Below, piece by piece: positions 15,998 to 28,001 of a stretch of DNA of 64,000 bases. The stretch spans positions 1 to 64,000 of the forward strand of contig JABANN010000019.1 of the NCBI GenBank assembly GCA_013115125.1. Direction: 5' to 3'. The notes beneath the pieces are model-generated. The model had not been told where the DNA came from. It saw only the letters and a program-made list of their open reading frames with translations, and ran no database searches. This DNA is from Perkinsus olseni (Eukaryota). Each line of letters opens with the position of its first letter. Position 1 is the stretch's first letter. A program made the position numbers and the translations under genes.

Positions 15998-16228
15998 GTG
16001 ATCCGAGTGTGAAACTTTTTATATAATACTTGCCATACGACAATCGATGCATCTCTCTCATATCATATGTAGTATCCGCAATGACGAAAAACATTTCCGT
16101 GTGACACAGTATTCTGTTCTTGCCGGGGCCAGGGACGTTGGGTTCGTGTTTAGCTTAGCTATGTTCAGAGGTGTACTGTTAGTTCGTTGGTCATGCTTTC
16201 ATTCAGTTGTATATTTTCTGCCTCCAAT

Positions 16229-17529
16229 ATGCCACAGAACGAGCATATTGAAGAGCACCGCAAGCGGTTCGGCCGCAGATTAGATTACGAGGAGCGGAAG
16301 CGAAAGAAGGGTAGGGCCACGGGCAGTCTCAGTTCAGAAAATCTTCGGCGAATCACTTCTTTCCGTGTGTTTATGCTCTCAATTATTTCAAGCTCCGATA
16401 TCCTGATCAGATGCCCGTGCCGTCCACAAACAGTCTAAGACTGCGCAGAAGCTCAGAGGCATCAAGGCCAAAATCTTCCACAAGAAGAGGTAGTTTGAAT
16501 CAGTGTGCCGTCGGTTTTTGACTGAGGAACGGAGGAGAAACTGCGCGGTGATGTTGACCCAGGGATGACCGCAATCACTCCCTAGGTATGCTGAGAAGGC
16601 CACTATGCGTAAGACCATCAAGAAGCATCAGGAGAAGGAAGGAAAAGAGAAGGCTCCCGAGGACAGCGTTCCCCAGGGAGCTGTTCCTGGCTACTTGTTG
16701 GATAGGGAAGGTAGGAAGTATGAGAGTACTTGTGGTCACTGGGTCACCCGTGGCTCCTCAGGTGTTAACAGGACCAAGGTTCTGTCCAATATGGTCAAGC
16801 AGAAGAGGGCGGAGAAGGCTGGAAAGTGGCAGGTTCCCGTGCCCAAGGTTAAGGCCATGACGGAGGATGAGATGTAGTGGCTGGGCTGAGATCTACGGCT
16901 CGATTTTACCCATCATGGATTCGGTCTCCTGCAGGTTCAAGATTCTCCGATCCGGCAAGAGGAAGAAGAAGGCATGGAAGCGAGTTGTAAGTTTTTAGGA
17001 TTTGGCGCCAGTTTGCGGCCTACAATTCGCGCCGCGTACTCTCGTCCGTGGCTTGTGTAGGTTAACAAAATATGCTTCGTTGGCGAGGATTTCACCCGTA
17101 AGCCCCCGAAGTACGAGCGCTTCATCCGGCCATCCAGTCTACGATTCAAGAAGGCTCACGTTACCCACCCAGAGTTGAAAACAACTTTCTGCTTGGTAAG
17201 GATATTCCCCGTCGCTTATGAACTTCTCTCGGTCCCCACCGGCAGTGATTCAAGCAACATTCCCCTCATGTCAGGATATCGTGTCCGTCAAGAAGAATCC
17301 TCAGTCCGAGCTGTACTCGTCCCTCGGCGTCGTCACCAAGGGTACCATCATTGAAGTCAATGTCAGTGACCTTGGGCTTGTAACACAGACTGGCAAGGTT
17401 GTCTGGGCCAAGTAGGGCAACCTATAATCAAACGAGGTTTCTCCTTCACTGCGTTCGCGGTTTAGGTACGCGCAAGTGACGAACAATCCGGAGTTGGACG
17501 GCTGCATCAATGCAGTGCTCCTGGTGTAA
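16229..17529 (+). CDS. NSA2: Ribosome biogenesis protein NSA2, multi-exon
   Basis: [98 protein letters not shown]. Confidence 0.97.
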
Positions 17530-18306
17530 ACTACCCCATCGCTCTGTCAAGAGGCTTTACGTTATAATCCTACGTTACTGAACCGCTGGTTCCGAATAAT
17601 AGAGATCTTGTGTTGCTCAAGTGTGAAGGTATCAACCCGGTTGAACCAGTATAGCCAGGGCTTGTTGTATTGGTTGTGGAGGAATCCCTCTTGTCTCAAA
17701 CGCGTAGGAGCAGATATATGAGCTGACTACCGGGGCATGAGAGGAGTACCTCGTGCGTCGCAATCTGTCGCGATACCTTTTTCTCCTGCCTTCGTTTCTT
17801 TTTGTCATCTGTTCAGCTGTGGACTCACACGATGTGCATGGCCACAGTGCCCACGAGAGGCGTGCTTGTTTGGCGGTCACAAATAAACGTCTCAACTTCA
17901 TGCAGGCACCGAGTGCAGCTTGATCGATTTGGCTAACGAAGCCTATCAATCGAAGTGCGGCACACAAAAGCAATGACATGTCGATTGTCACCGAGATTCG
18001 ATCTCAGTGGATCCTACTGAGGGCCATGAACTCCTACACTGTACGCTGCTCAGCGGTTTCGATTATGCTCATTATCAATGACTTGGGCTTTGGACGCTGA
18101 CAGTTTAGGGTTCCTCTCCTCGCTTCTTAGGGTTACTTCTCAAGCATCTAGTTTATCCAGTAGGGTCCGCTGTCTTGTTGCTGGGAAATAGTATCGGGAG
18201 GGAGAATGGAATTCGCCCCATAACACAACGATCACACAACAGGCAACCGTGAACGAGGAAAGTTTCATTCGGTCATGTGAGACACGCAGCCAAACTCTCA
18301 CGTAGC

Positions 18307-21300
18307 TCATCGTCCTGCTGCAACGGCCAGTAGTACAGACTCGATTTGCTGTCAAACGAGGAACAATGTTACATTGAAACAGAGAGGGAGGAACTCGCAA
18401 CCGAAGGTCTTCCACTCATTTACTTTCTCCAATTCCGTCACCCGCACTCCAGATCGTGCGATGAGATCGGTCTCCTCGTTGATTCGGTCTTGAACTTCCC
18501 GGATCTCTCTGAGAAGGCGCAGTCAGTGAAGCTCTCCCTAGAGTTATGTAGTGGAGGGGAAGCGAACCACGACGCGAGAGCCAGAAGATGCTACCTCAGA
18601 ATGGGATTCAGGACATTTTGTGTTCGTTTCTGTTCCTCCTGAAGTAATGCTCGCGCTTCCTTGTACTCTTCCCTCGCAGCCTCGAGGTCTCTGTCCATCA
18701 GAGCTATGTCTTGATGGATCAACTCCATCGATTTTCCGAGAGGAGTGCACCTGGATCCCCAGAACTGAAAGAGGCTCCACATTATAGGAAGTACGCGCCA
18801 CAGATCTTCTGTATGAGGTCCTGCAGCATGGGCGTCTTGTCGACACCGCTGCTCTGGGGACGCTCGTCCCATTGTGTATTCGTCACACCCCTTACAGCAG
18901 TGGGTGCTGAAGAAAAGTTGGACGGCTAACAACAGGGGCTGTCTTTGAAGAACTAAGCGCGATTCATGATTTCAATCGCCACTCATACCCACCTTCCGCT
19001 TGAACCTCACTGCGCTTTCTGCGCAGCTTTCCCATACGTATGTCATTTTTAGCTCCAGCGTCGTTCGAATCTGATAACCGTAACAGGATACTCCCCGCCT
19101 TTCAGTGGAGTGCGAATTTCTGCGAACTCTGGGCTACCGATGTTGTTGGTGGGCGCTCCTTTCCCTGCTTGGACCTCTAGAATATCTCGAACTAACTTCC
19201 CATGATCCTCCGGACGCGCTTCCGTAGTTTTTGCGATATGGCCCGCAGACGTCGGGCGGAGGCTCGCATCAAGATGCACCTGAGTAGTCCACCGGGTACA
19301 CGTTCGGCTGTAGGAGTAGACCGGCGCACCTCCTCGTCCTCATCTGCGTCGACCTCACCGTCCTCAATCACGTTTGGTGGAGGGAGCATTACGTCCGCCA
19401 TTTCTGCGACGGCCTGACGAGTCGAGCTGCGACGTAGATGCTGCTACAGGGTCACGACTAATTCGGTGGCAGCATCGGTCGCTCAAAGTGAGGAAGTTCA
19501 CGGAAGATATGGGTAGTGGTGCACACTCTCGTTCCCATACGAAATCCCCACGCCTACCTCCCTCTCAGGCGCAGACGACTTTATTTGCGGTGGGCGGCGC
19601 GATGCGGTTCTGGGGCGTTCATGTACCGCTGTCATCATAGCTTCTAAGCGGAGGGCCTAGTAATGACCGGAAAAGTTGTGAATGAGCACTGGCTCTAGGA
19701 GCAACCCAATGGAGCTTTCTGGGCTCCACAATGAGAACCCTACCTCCTCGTTCTCAGACTCGGCGAGCTTGATGTCTTGTTGCTCAGCTGAGTTTTGGAG
19801 CGGATCCTGGTCATAAGAATTCGATAGGCAGTAACTCGGCACATATCAAGGACAAAAGCGCTCCACGATGGGTTCGAACCACCGACCTTGTGGTTAACAG
19901 CCACACGCTCTGCCTACTGAGCTAGCGGAGCTCTTATTGTATTAGTACATGGACAATGAAGTTCTCATTATTGCTCGCACATTACCCTGCACTGCGTCTT
20001 GAGTTTTCTTTCTGCCTCTCTTTCCTCCGCCTCCAACTTGGCCTGTTCGACTCGTGCCCGTTCTAATCGTTCTCTCTCCTCAGCTTCTCGTTGTTCAGCT
20101 TCCTGAGATATTTAGAGGTTCGCGCAGTGAAACGACAGCTCACTGAGCAACGGCACTCTCTACCTCAGCCTTCCGTCTAGCTTCTTCCTGCGCTTCTCGA
20201 GTTCTTTCCACTTCTTCCTCGGCGCGACGTCTCTCGGCTTCCTCTTCCTCTTCTCGCTGTCGACGTTCTCTCTCAATCGCAGCTTGACGCTGTTGAGCTT
20301 CATCATCACCTGTTCCGCAGTACGAGACACGAGATGGCGTGCGCGCATCGCTCTTCTTAATTCCGCGGAGCATAAGTACTAATTACGCTGTCGACGCGAT
20401 TCGGTTTCTTTCTTCAGGTCAGTCCCGTCTTCTGGTGCAACCGAGTCACTTTTCGGTTGCTGAAAGACAGACGGAAGATAGTATCGGCAAGTGTCCCGTT
20501 GGGGCCATTGAAACGCTCGTTTCGTTCTCGAGCGGCATGCCTCGCGGAAAACTTCGAGCGACAGATCTGCCCGAACATCGAGCAGAGCCGTAAAAATGTG
20601 CCATGCCCTCTCTGGGAGCTATAGCTCCTCGAAACTTCACAGGACGGAAATTCAGCTCTCACAAGGCCAGGACAGTTTGACAGAATCATTCATTCATACT
20701 CACAAACTTACACCCGCGTCAAATTCCCACGGTGCAAACGAAAAGACAAGACTCTGCGGGAAAACCTCACTTGGGTATTCATCGGCTGCTTCACGCTTGA
20801 GCGAGCGCCAGGCTTGGAAGACAGTACGAGCACTCCCCCAGATTTCACCCTAAACCAGACATCTTACCCGAGTTACAACTTCACGCGGATAAGCCGTAAA
20901 TTTGTCGACTCACCTTTCAACGGCATCGTCACTCCTGGCTGTCGCCTTGGTGGCGGCCTCGTGAACTCTAACTAGGAAGCCGTTCGTCCTCTCTGGCTCA
21001 GAACCGGTCACTGAAGGGAGCTATACATCGAAACTCGCATGAGTTCTGAGCCGGAGAGCCTCGAAGTTCGCGGTCAAGCGAGAGCTACGCAAGTACAGAA
21101 CCGGGCAGAGTGTGATTGGAGCCCCACCTATCTTTGATGGATTGACGTCGATACCCTCAGCATTGAGCTCGAGCGCATAGGCCACGCACGAAATCCACTT
21201 TGTCAGGAAATCCACTTTCTGTTGTTTGGTCTGACAGCGCAACCAAAACCAGTGTCTCGTTGGCGTGAACGGTGGCTACCGTTATCTTCTTGTGATCAAG

Positions 21301-21632
21301 CTCGTCTTGGCTGAGCAAGCCTCGCCCGAAGCCGGAAACATTTTGTACTTCAATAAAGATGTCGTGGAGGAAGCGGAATGGAGGTTTTGCCAAGTACCTT
21401 CACGTGACCACCATATATGTGCTCAAGCATTCTCTCAGAAGAGCATTGTGGTGAATGTGGCGCCATACTACATCACCGTTTCAAGATAACAATTTTGCAA
21501 CTTGATGCAAGCCGTGATGTTCTCACGGCGCGGGCGCCCTCACTTATCCGCCATCCGCGGTTTCTTTATCAAGCTTCCGAGGGACTGTTGTGTAGCCAGT
21601 ATCCATTGTGGTGGAGCCTCCGGCGCAGACAT
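18307..21632 (-). CDS. IFT54: Intraflagellar transport protein IFT54 / TRAF3IP1 (MIP-T3), multi-exon
   Basis: N-terminal CH-like region (TQQSLGSLIKKPRMADK, KPPFRFLHDIF, KVDFLTKWI, GSEPERTNGFL), a charged middle, RPRTASRRPP and DHGKLVRDILE. C-terminal coiled coil PLGKSMELIHQDIALMDRDL. Confidence 0.9.
19859..19931 (-). tRNA. tRNA-Asn (GTT)
   Basis: Minus strand reads GCTCCGCTAGCTCAGTAGGCAGAGCGTGTGGCTGTTAACCACAAGGTCGGTGGTTCGAACCCATCGTGGAGCG. It forms a full cloverleaf with anticodon loop CTGTTAA, A and B boxes, discriminator G and TTTT immediately downstream. Confidence 0.97.
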
Positions 21633-21851
21633 TACACGATGGACCGGCAAGGATGGCTGGAATGCCCCGTGCGCACTGTAGCCGTCACGCCCGCCGTTTC
21701 GCTTGAGGCACCCGATCAAGCAGGTTCCGCCTATTGAGAACACGAATGTTCATACGTCGCTTCGCATTGAGTTCAAACTGAACTAAATCCCAACTTCGTA
21801 TTCGGAAACATAATCCTGAAACTTTCTCATGGGGCATTTAAATATATCAGG

Positions 21852-24800
21852 TTATTTTTGAATTGTGCTGGAAGGATCTGCGACTCCTATTTCTCTCAAC
21901 AGCGAAGTCGCATAGCTCCCGCGCGGTAGATAGAACTGAGGTCGACGGCCAACACAAAATGACACGCAGCGCCGCTCGGCAGGTGCTCTTACCTCAAGGA
22001 TGAGATTTGGCCTCTCCATGGGACTTTTCCCGATTTCTTGCCTAGCGGACATTGCCAGAGGCTTCACAACCAGCGGCCTTGCTATCGACACATTTCTTAT
22101 GCGGCATGCGAGAAGTTCAGTCAAGTCATGTTTGAGTTCCTCACGCGCTCGAGCCGGAGCTTCGCCTCGCTTGATCGAGTCCTCGACTAGGTCACCATAC
22201 CTGACACAGGAGGCAGTGGTACCACATGCACCCGGTGGGAGGGATCTATCTAGCGGCCTCAAAGGAATATCAAAGAAGAAGCTCATTGTGAAACTCACGC
22301 TCCCATTACGGCTCTAATGTTGGATATACAAGCGAGCGGCAGCTCACAAAACTCCCCTTCCCCCATTGCTTACAACTGCTGAACATCAACCCCAGCGTCC
22401 TTCGCAGGGCAGATTCCTTCACGCTGCAGACCTAGCTGAGGCAAGCGTATATCATTGATAGTGTACCTGACAAAGCCGCTTGCGGATTCCGAGTGCCTCA
22501 GCGAAATGTTCACTCACTGGTAGGCTTCCTCATCCGACTCGACAAGTTTCAGTTTTTCGAAGTTATCTCCGGCTCCCACTGCGACTAGGTCCCCGGCTCG
22601 AGCGCAAAGGCCGCCATCTCGTATGCGCCTGCAACGGTCGACCGATGGGAAGCCTTGCATCGACCCCTTGGTTAAATCGGATATCACATTGCCTGGTGCT
22701 GCTGACTTTGCTATGAAGACTCTTGATTCGAGAGAATGGAAAGCGATGCGTCCAAATCCTGGCAATATTATATACTTATATCATTATATGACCGGGATTA
22801 ATATGCCGTTATTGGTATATTAGCTCGCCCAATTATCGAGGATGGATCATCGAAGTCAGTACACGACGGCAAATCCCTGGAGAGACTCTTAACTCCCCTA
22901 ATCACCTGCTTGCTAGACGGTTCCATAAGCAGGCCGAGTAAGCCGTTGGGAACAAGTGAAGCATGACCTTGGGGAGATTGAGATGTTTGACAGCCTCGCG
23001 GTACTTCGGCTCATCCGCATCGTCCCCAACATACTCCAGCAACTCCTTCCACCTAACGTGTAAGAGCAACTTGAAAAGCCCCCACGCGTCGCTGCACTCA
23101 CAACTTTAGCTTCTCTTGCATCGGCCTGGGTAGCGTCTTCAACCGCTGCAAGGCCTTGGTAGCGCGCCCATCCCGCATCCATTCCTCGTACATCTGTCAA
23201 TCAAACCACCCTGCATCATGAGTCGTTTATTCCTCTCACATCGCGAGCAAAAGCTGTGTTTGAATCAGAGGGTCGTGCCCACAGTTGCAGTGCCAGTTTA
23301 ATGTCGCCTGCTAGCAACGCCCCACCGATAAGAACCTGGGGGAGGCTCAACTCACTTCGAAGCCAGCGAGCTCACCTACTGGCATGGAGGCTCCGTCGAC
23401 CTCAAATCCGAATCGTTGCATCCCAAAATAGTTGATGAATCCGACAGTTTGCAAAGACTTCAGCTTCTTCGGCGCGCCCTCACAAACACCTCTGATCCGG
23501 AGGCCGAACCAATTCCTAATAAGAGAACCGGTTACAATCCCTGCTAGGCTGAGACCCTGGCTCGGAATTCCTCTCACCCCATCAGCATCCCAGACCTTAG
23601 CTTGCGACCAGTGTTGTCAACCTGGAAGTTGTCGACGCGGACAGATCCTGTTCCTGCCAAGTCTTCATTGAGCTGCTCCACAGCAGCTCTTATCTGCGCC
23701 TCGCTATGCGTCGCTGGCGCGCTGATGAATCTGATTCGAAGCTCCACGCGCCACAAAAGTACAAATCAACCATTAACGCTCACTGATGTGTTATGCCGCG
23801 TTTATCTTTCAATCCGGCATAATGCACTGAGTCCCTCGGCAGCCGCAATTGGCGTTCAAGCCCGTGCAAGAAAGTCTGCAATTCGACGTTCTGTTTTTCG
23901 AGCACAAACCTCCAACGAGGTGTCCTCGACAAGCTCAACTGAGCGTGCTCCCGCGTCCATCTCGCTTGCACCAAAAGGGATTTCTGAAACCAGTTCTGGC
24001 AAGTGCACCATCATCCCCGACTCACTGCTTCGCCGCCGCTCGACACTTCAAATTCCAAATCCCGCAGAGTGCTCTTCGCCCCTTCGACAAAGCGGTCGAG
24101 GATATCTTCATCAGAATAGTGACCTCTCGTGCGTAGTGTGAGAGTTAACGTCTCGGAAGAATATCTGAGCGGCCTGTGCCTTAACGTCGAGTGCGCTACG
24201 TTGGTTCACCCGGCCACGTAAAATCGGATCAGCTGTTGCACATCATCTCCGGTCATATACGATCGCAGATGGGCATTCAGCTCCGCGTTAATCACCAGTC
24301 CGACCTCGACATTTTCTCTTGTGAATTTGGTTGCGATGAGCACAGGCACCTGTGGAAAAAAAGAAACGGTACCGCGCTCGCAGGCCTGAGAACCGACCGT
24401 CCCTGACCACGGGGAAGGATTTGGTATCTACCTCTTACTAACGCGGTAGCGGGAGATTCGACTCACCTTACACGGAAGAGCCTTCTTCAGCATTGCTCCC
24501 TTTAGCTGGAACAGGTCACCGTGTTCGAGGCTCCCCTTCGGTAGCGAGCTTATAAGCGCGTATCCCCCTCTCACGGCCTGAAGTAACAAATGACTACTCC
24601 GTCGTTGAGGGCGGGCCCTGGTTTCAACTTCCCTCTTACGCGCTGACTCTTGACGAAGCGTTCGATCTTGTCGACTGCATCAGGGCCACACCTCCCGCGT
24701 ATGAAAACTTCGGTTTCACGCAGACTCATGTCATACCTGAACCAGATATTCTCTGCCCTGCCTTTGACGAACCCCGGAAATTCATCCGCGAGCATTGTTC

Positions 24801-25357
24801 CACTCGGAGTTAAGAAAAAAATAAGTAGGACCGCTGTTGTTCCTTCCTACCCCTGCCGGAAAGATGATGCTAGGTCTTGACCGGAATCCCAGGTCCCACT
24901 CAGTGAATCTGAGGCAGCTTCCTCATCGAAGTCGTGTAACCTGCACAGGCGATCCTGATAGGGCTCCGCTAGATGATGCGAATATTACTCATGCATATTC
25001 TGCTTTGTCATCGCCCTCTCGACTATGGCCCAACTTTTCAGGAGGGATTCCCCCGACATTCGGGCGACCTTGCCGTCTATACCAACCTCTCGCACTTGAA
25101 AGTCTCGAACCTAGGCGGAGCTATTCAAGAGGGGAGCCGGTTATCTCGTTTACGTGAGTCTTGAGGGCGCCGCCTATTCGCTCATTTCCGATAAACTCTG
25201 TTACTCCGACACTCTCTGGCGACGGAGATTTCGGGTTCGTTCTTGCTGCCTTCTGTTTGCCCGCTGTCGGAATATCTGTTGTCAATCTACGCATCTGCTC
25301 CGTCCGACTGGGAAAATTTCTCTGCAGTCCGCAACGAAGAACCGATGAACCCATCAT
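21852..25357 (-). CDS. PUS7: tRNA pseudouridine(13) synthase Pus7/TruD family, multi-exon
   Basis: VGVTEF..GALKTH|VRDFQVREVGIDGK, FVLEKQN, YAGLKDKRGITHQ (catalytic Asp motif), GNQFGLRIR, GFINYFGMQRFG and FYLPRGSYATSLLRE. Confidence 0.9.
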
Positions 25358-25578
25358 TGATCTTAGCAGCTACAACGGAGTAGGACCAACAGCCACTTTA
25401 ACCTCTCAGCTGAACTCAACGCGATTCTCCAACTACAACAAGAATTGGCGATAGAGCGCTGGCATGTTGTACAATGACTATTGCGACGTCACGAATAATA
25501 GTAATAACAAAACCCTAAAATTCTGGCTTATCCGCCAACATCATCAATCATGTGCTTACTGGGTATGATATTCGATCC

Positions 25579-26630
25579 TCACGGAATGTCATCGTCATTT
25601 AGCAGGCTCCTGACCTCCCAACCATCCTCAGTCACTTCTGACTGATATGAATCTGCAAGAAGACTCTCCCGGTGGTCTAGCGCTCTGCGACTATGACCAT
25701 CGGTGCTCGATGAGAATACCCGCTGGCAAACGACCAAAAGAGATGCGTCTCACTTCCACAGTCCATCCATGACGAGTCACTTCCACCGCTTTCACTGGGG
25801 AAAATGAAGCTCGAATGCGCGGAGGGAGTATCCGATATGACGCCTATGAATTCTGACAAGAGGGAATTGCGGAGTTGCGCATGTACTTCGGAGAATTCAC
25901 GGAACGGCAGTCTTCAGTCGCCAGCGGGGCAAGACGCAGCCACTTGCCCAGCTCACCTTCAGCGTCCAGGAGATCGTCAGCTTTGCTCGCTGTGAATTCT
26001 ATCACCACCTCAATTAGCTGCGTATGGTCTAATACTTCTCCTGCAAGGTACAAGGGAATGGCGCCCTGAAGAGCCTTCCCCGCACACCTGTGTCGGAGTT
26101 GATGATGCACCAAACCATGTGATCAGCTCCTTCACCAGACACCGTCAGGTTACGGAGATCGAGGACTACTTGGGCCACCTCTCCAGGATACAGGCCGGCA
26201 AGATGAAGCCATGGACAACCTCCATCACATCTCCCGTGACAGAACTGAAACGAACAAGAAATATTCCTGATCGTCACAAAGCCCGACTGAAGTAATCTGA
26301 CGGATTTCATTGTAGATCACCAAACCCGTTGAGTCTCACTTGCAGGGCGGCTGTCTCGGGCCATCTTGTACTCCCACGGTTCTTGACGTAACCAACGATG
26401 TCGATATCAGCGTGCGTCTGCTTGCACTCCAGGAAAATGCTTTGCGGGGGCGGGTCTAAGCCATTCATTGAGCGGGATTCATTCTGCGCCGATCGTGGCA
26501 ACCAAAAGTGGCCAACCTTGAATGCTTCGCTCCGCCGATTTCCGCTCCGTCCGGATCCCTTTCGCGCATGATCAGGCGTGCTCATTAAGAACTGGCCCTC
26601 GAGTTGCATTGAAGACATCTTGGACCCCAT
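25579..26630 (-). CDS. Hypothetical protein with an NBR1 FW (ILRUN-type Ig-like) domain
   Basis: VKNRGSTRWPETAALQ...LYPGEVAQVVLDL...WCIINSDTG..LF matches the FW-domain pattern (N-x-G-x3-WP, PGE, W..G..FG). The last exon was inferred by splicing. Confidence 0.5.
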
Positions 26631-26696
26631 CTCGCAGGACTTGTCTGGGGATCTCAGTAGTCGTACTCGCTCGTTAGTTGGCGTCTCCTCGCAGCA

Positions 26697-27744
26697 ATGT
26701 CGTTGCTACGTCGTGCTGCGTGCCCGCAAAGGCTCGTACCCAAACGTGTGTGTGAGGCTGTTAAGAACCCCTTGATCGGTGGACCTAACCAGAAGGCTCG
26801 TGGTGCTATCACAAGTGGATTCGCCGGTGGCGGCGCTAAGAGATTGTAAGGCCGTTTTCTCGGGTACGCGTCGCTTGTGTGATGGTCGTGATTTGAGCTT
26901 CCTGATCAAGGAAAGGCACTCGTGCGCGTTTTCTGGGATACATGTTTTCTGTCTATTCCAGGGGAGGCAAGGGGTATGGTATCATGGCTGATTGGTGTGA
27001 CCACGGATACAGCTTCACCAAAGGGCAAGCTATCACAGGTGAGACGGGTGCCTTCAGACACCCAGTGCCCCATAGTGCCATGCCCATAGCCTTCAGGTAT
27101 GCCTCATTGGCCTCTGTGGTGCGGTGGTGGTGTTCCTGATAAGTTCATCAAGATCGATCCTGATGTCCACTTCAACTTGCAGGTATGTTCTCAGCTCCGA
27201 CGTTGCACTTCCGTGTTTTCGTTTAGAAAGTGTGAAGTTAACTTCTTCGTACTCTCAGGGCTACCGTGAACGCATTGGATGGTATGGGTTCTTCACCGCA
27301 TTCTTGCAAGCCAACTATCACGCATTTGTCTACTTCGTGCGCTTCATTCCAATCAACATAGCAATTTTCTGGATCTACATGAATGTAAGCGTGAGCCAGT
27401 CGAGGTGTCGTGTCCTGTGCCGAGTCCCGAACTCACGACTGAGGAGGCCTTTTAAGGTCGTTCTCCTTCCTCGTGAGTCATCTGCCAATTCATCCGCAGG
27501 AACGTCAAAGAGAGCCGCAGGAGAATGTGATGGATCATGAAGAGTTCTTCAGGGACTTCGACTCGATCTACCTCGGACAGGTGTAGGTGGCGTCGCTGCC
27601 GCGCCACTCGACATCGCCGCAAGGGGTATTCTCCGACTATTTCGTGTCAGGTTCGACCATCACCGATTTGCCGAGTGGCTTGCTCGTCGTCGTGCCGTGA
27701 AGTGGGGTTACGCCGACCAGATACATATCCCGCCTGTTCATTAG
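26697..27744 (+). CDS. Probable mitochondrial single-TM protein (possible myzozoan cytochrome c oxidase COX4-like subunit)
   Basis: Arg-rich, acid-free presequence MSLLRRAACPQRLVPKR. The spliced frame from GGKGYGIMADWCDHG onward is clean, with a TM segment (AFVYFVRFIPINIAIFWIYM) and C-terminus RRRAVKWGYADQIHIPPVH*. The CDS is solid; the product call is inference. Confidence 0.55.
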
Positions 27745-28001
27745 TGCGTGGCGTGGTTGTACGCGATCCAACAGGCGTACTATCCGTGTGAAGAAGAAAC
27801 AACTGGTATTAGCATTTATTTTGAAAAGCACAGGTCGGGGCTATGATGCCTCGGCCGGAACCATTTGAGGAGCATCTCTGGTCGAAGCTGGAAGATGCAC
27901 AACAGTTGGATTGTCTTATTACCACCTAGGGTTTCGTGTTGACAGTGCGATCACTGGTTCTATAATCGGGCCGCTCTTACGCGACAATAAATCGTTGCAA
28001 A

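Noticed and set aside
25510-25520. AAACCCTA telobox/telomere-like word upstream of Pus7
   Set aside because: It is a single 8-mer with no tandem array or recurrence upstream of other genes here.
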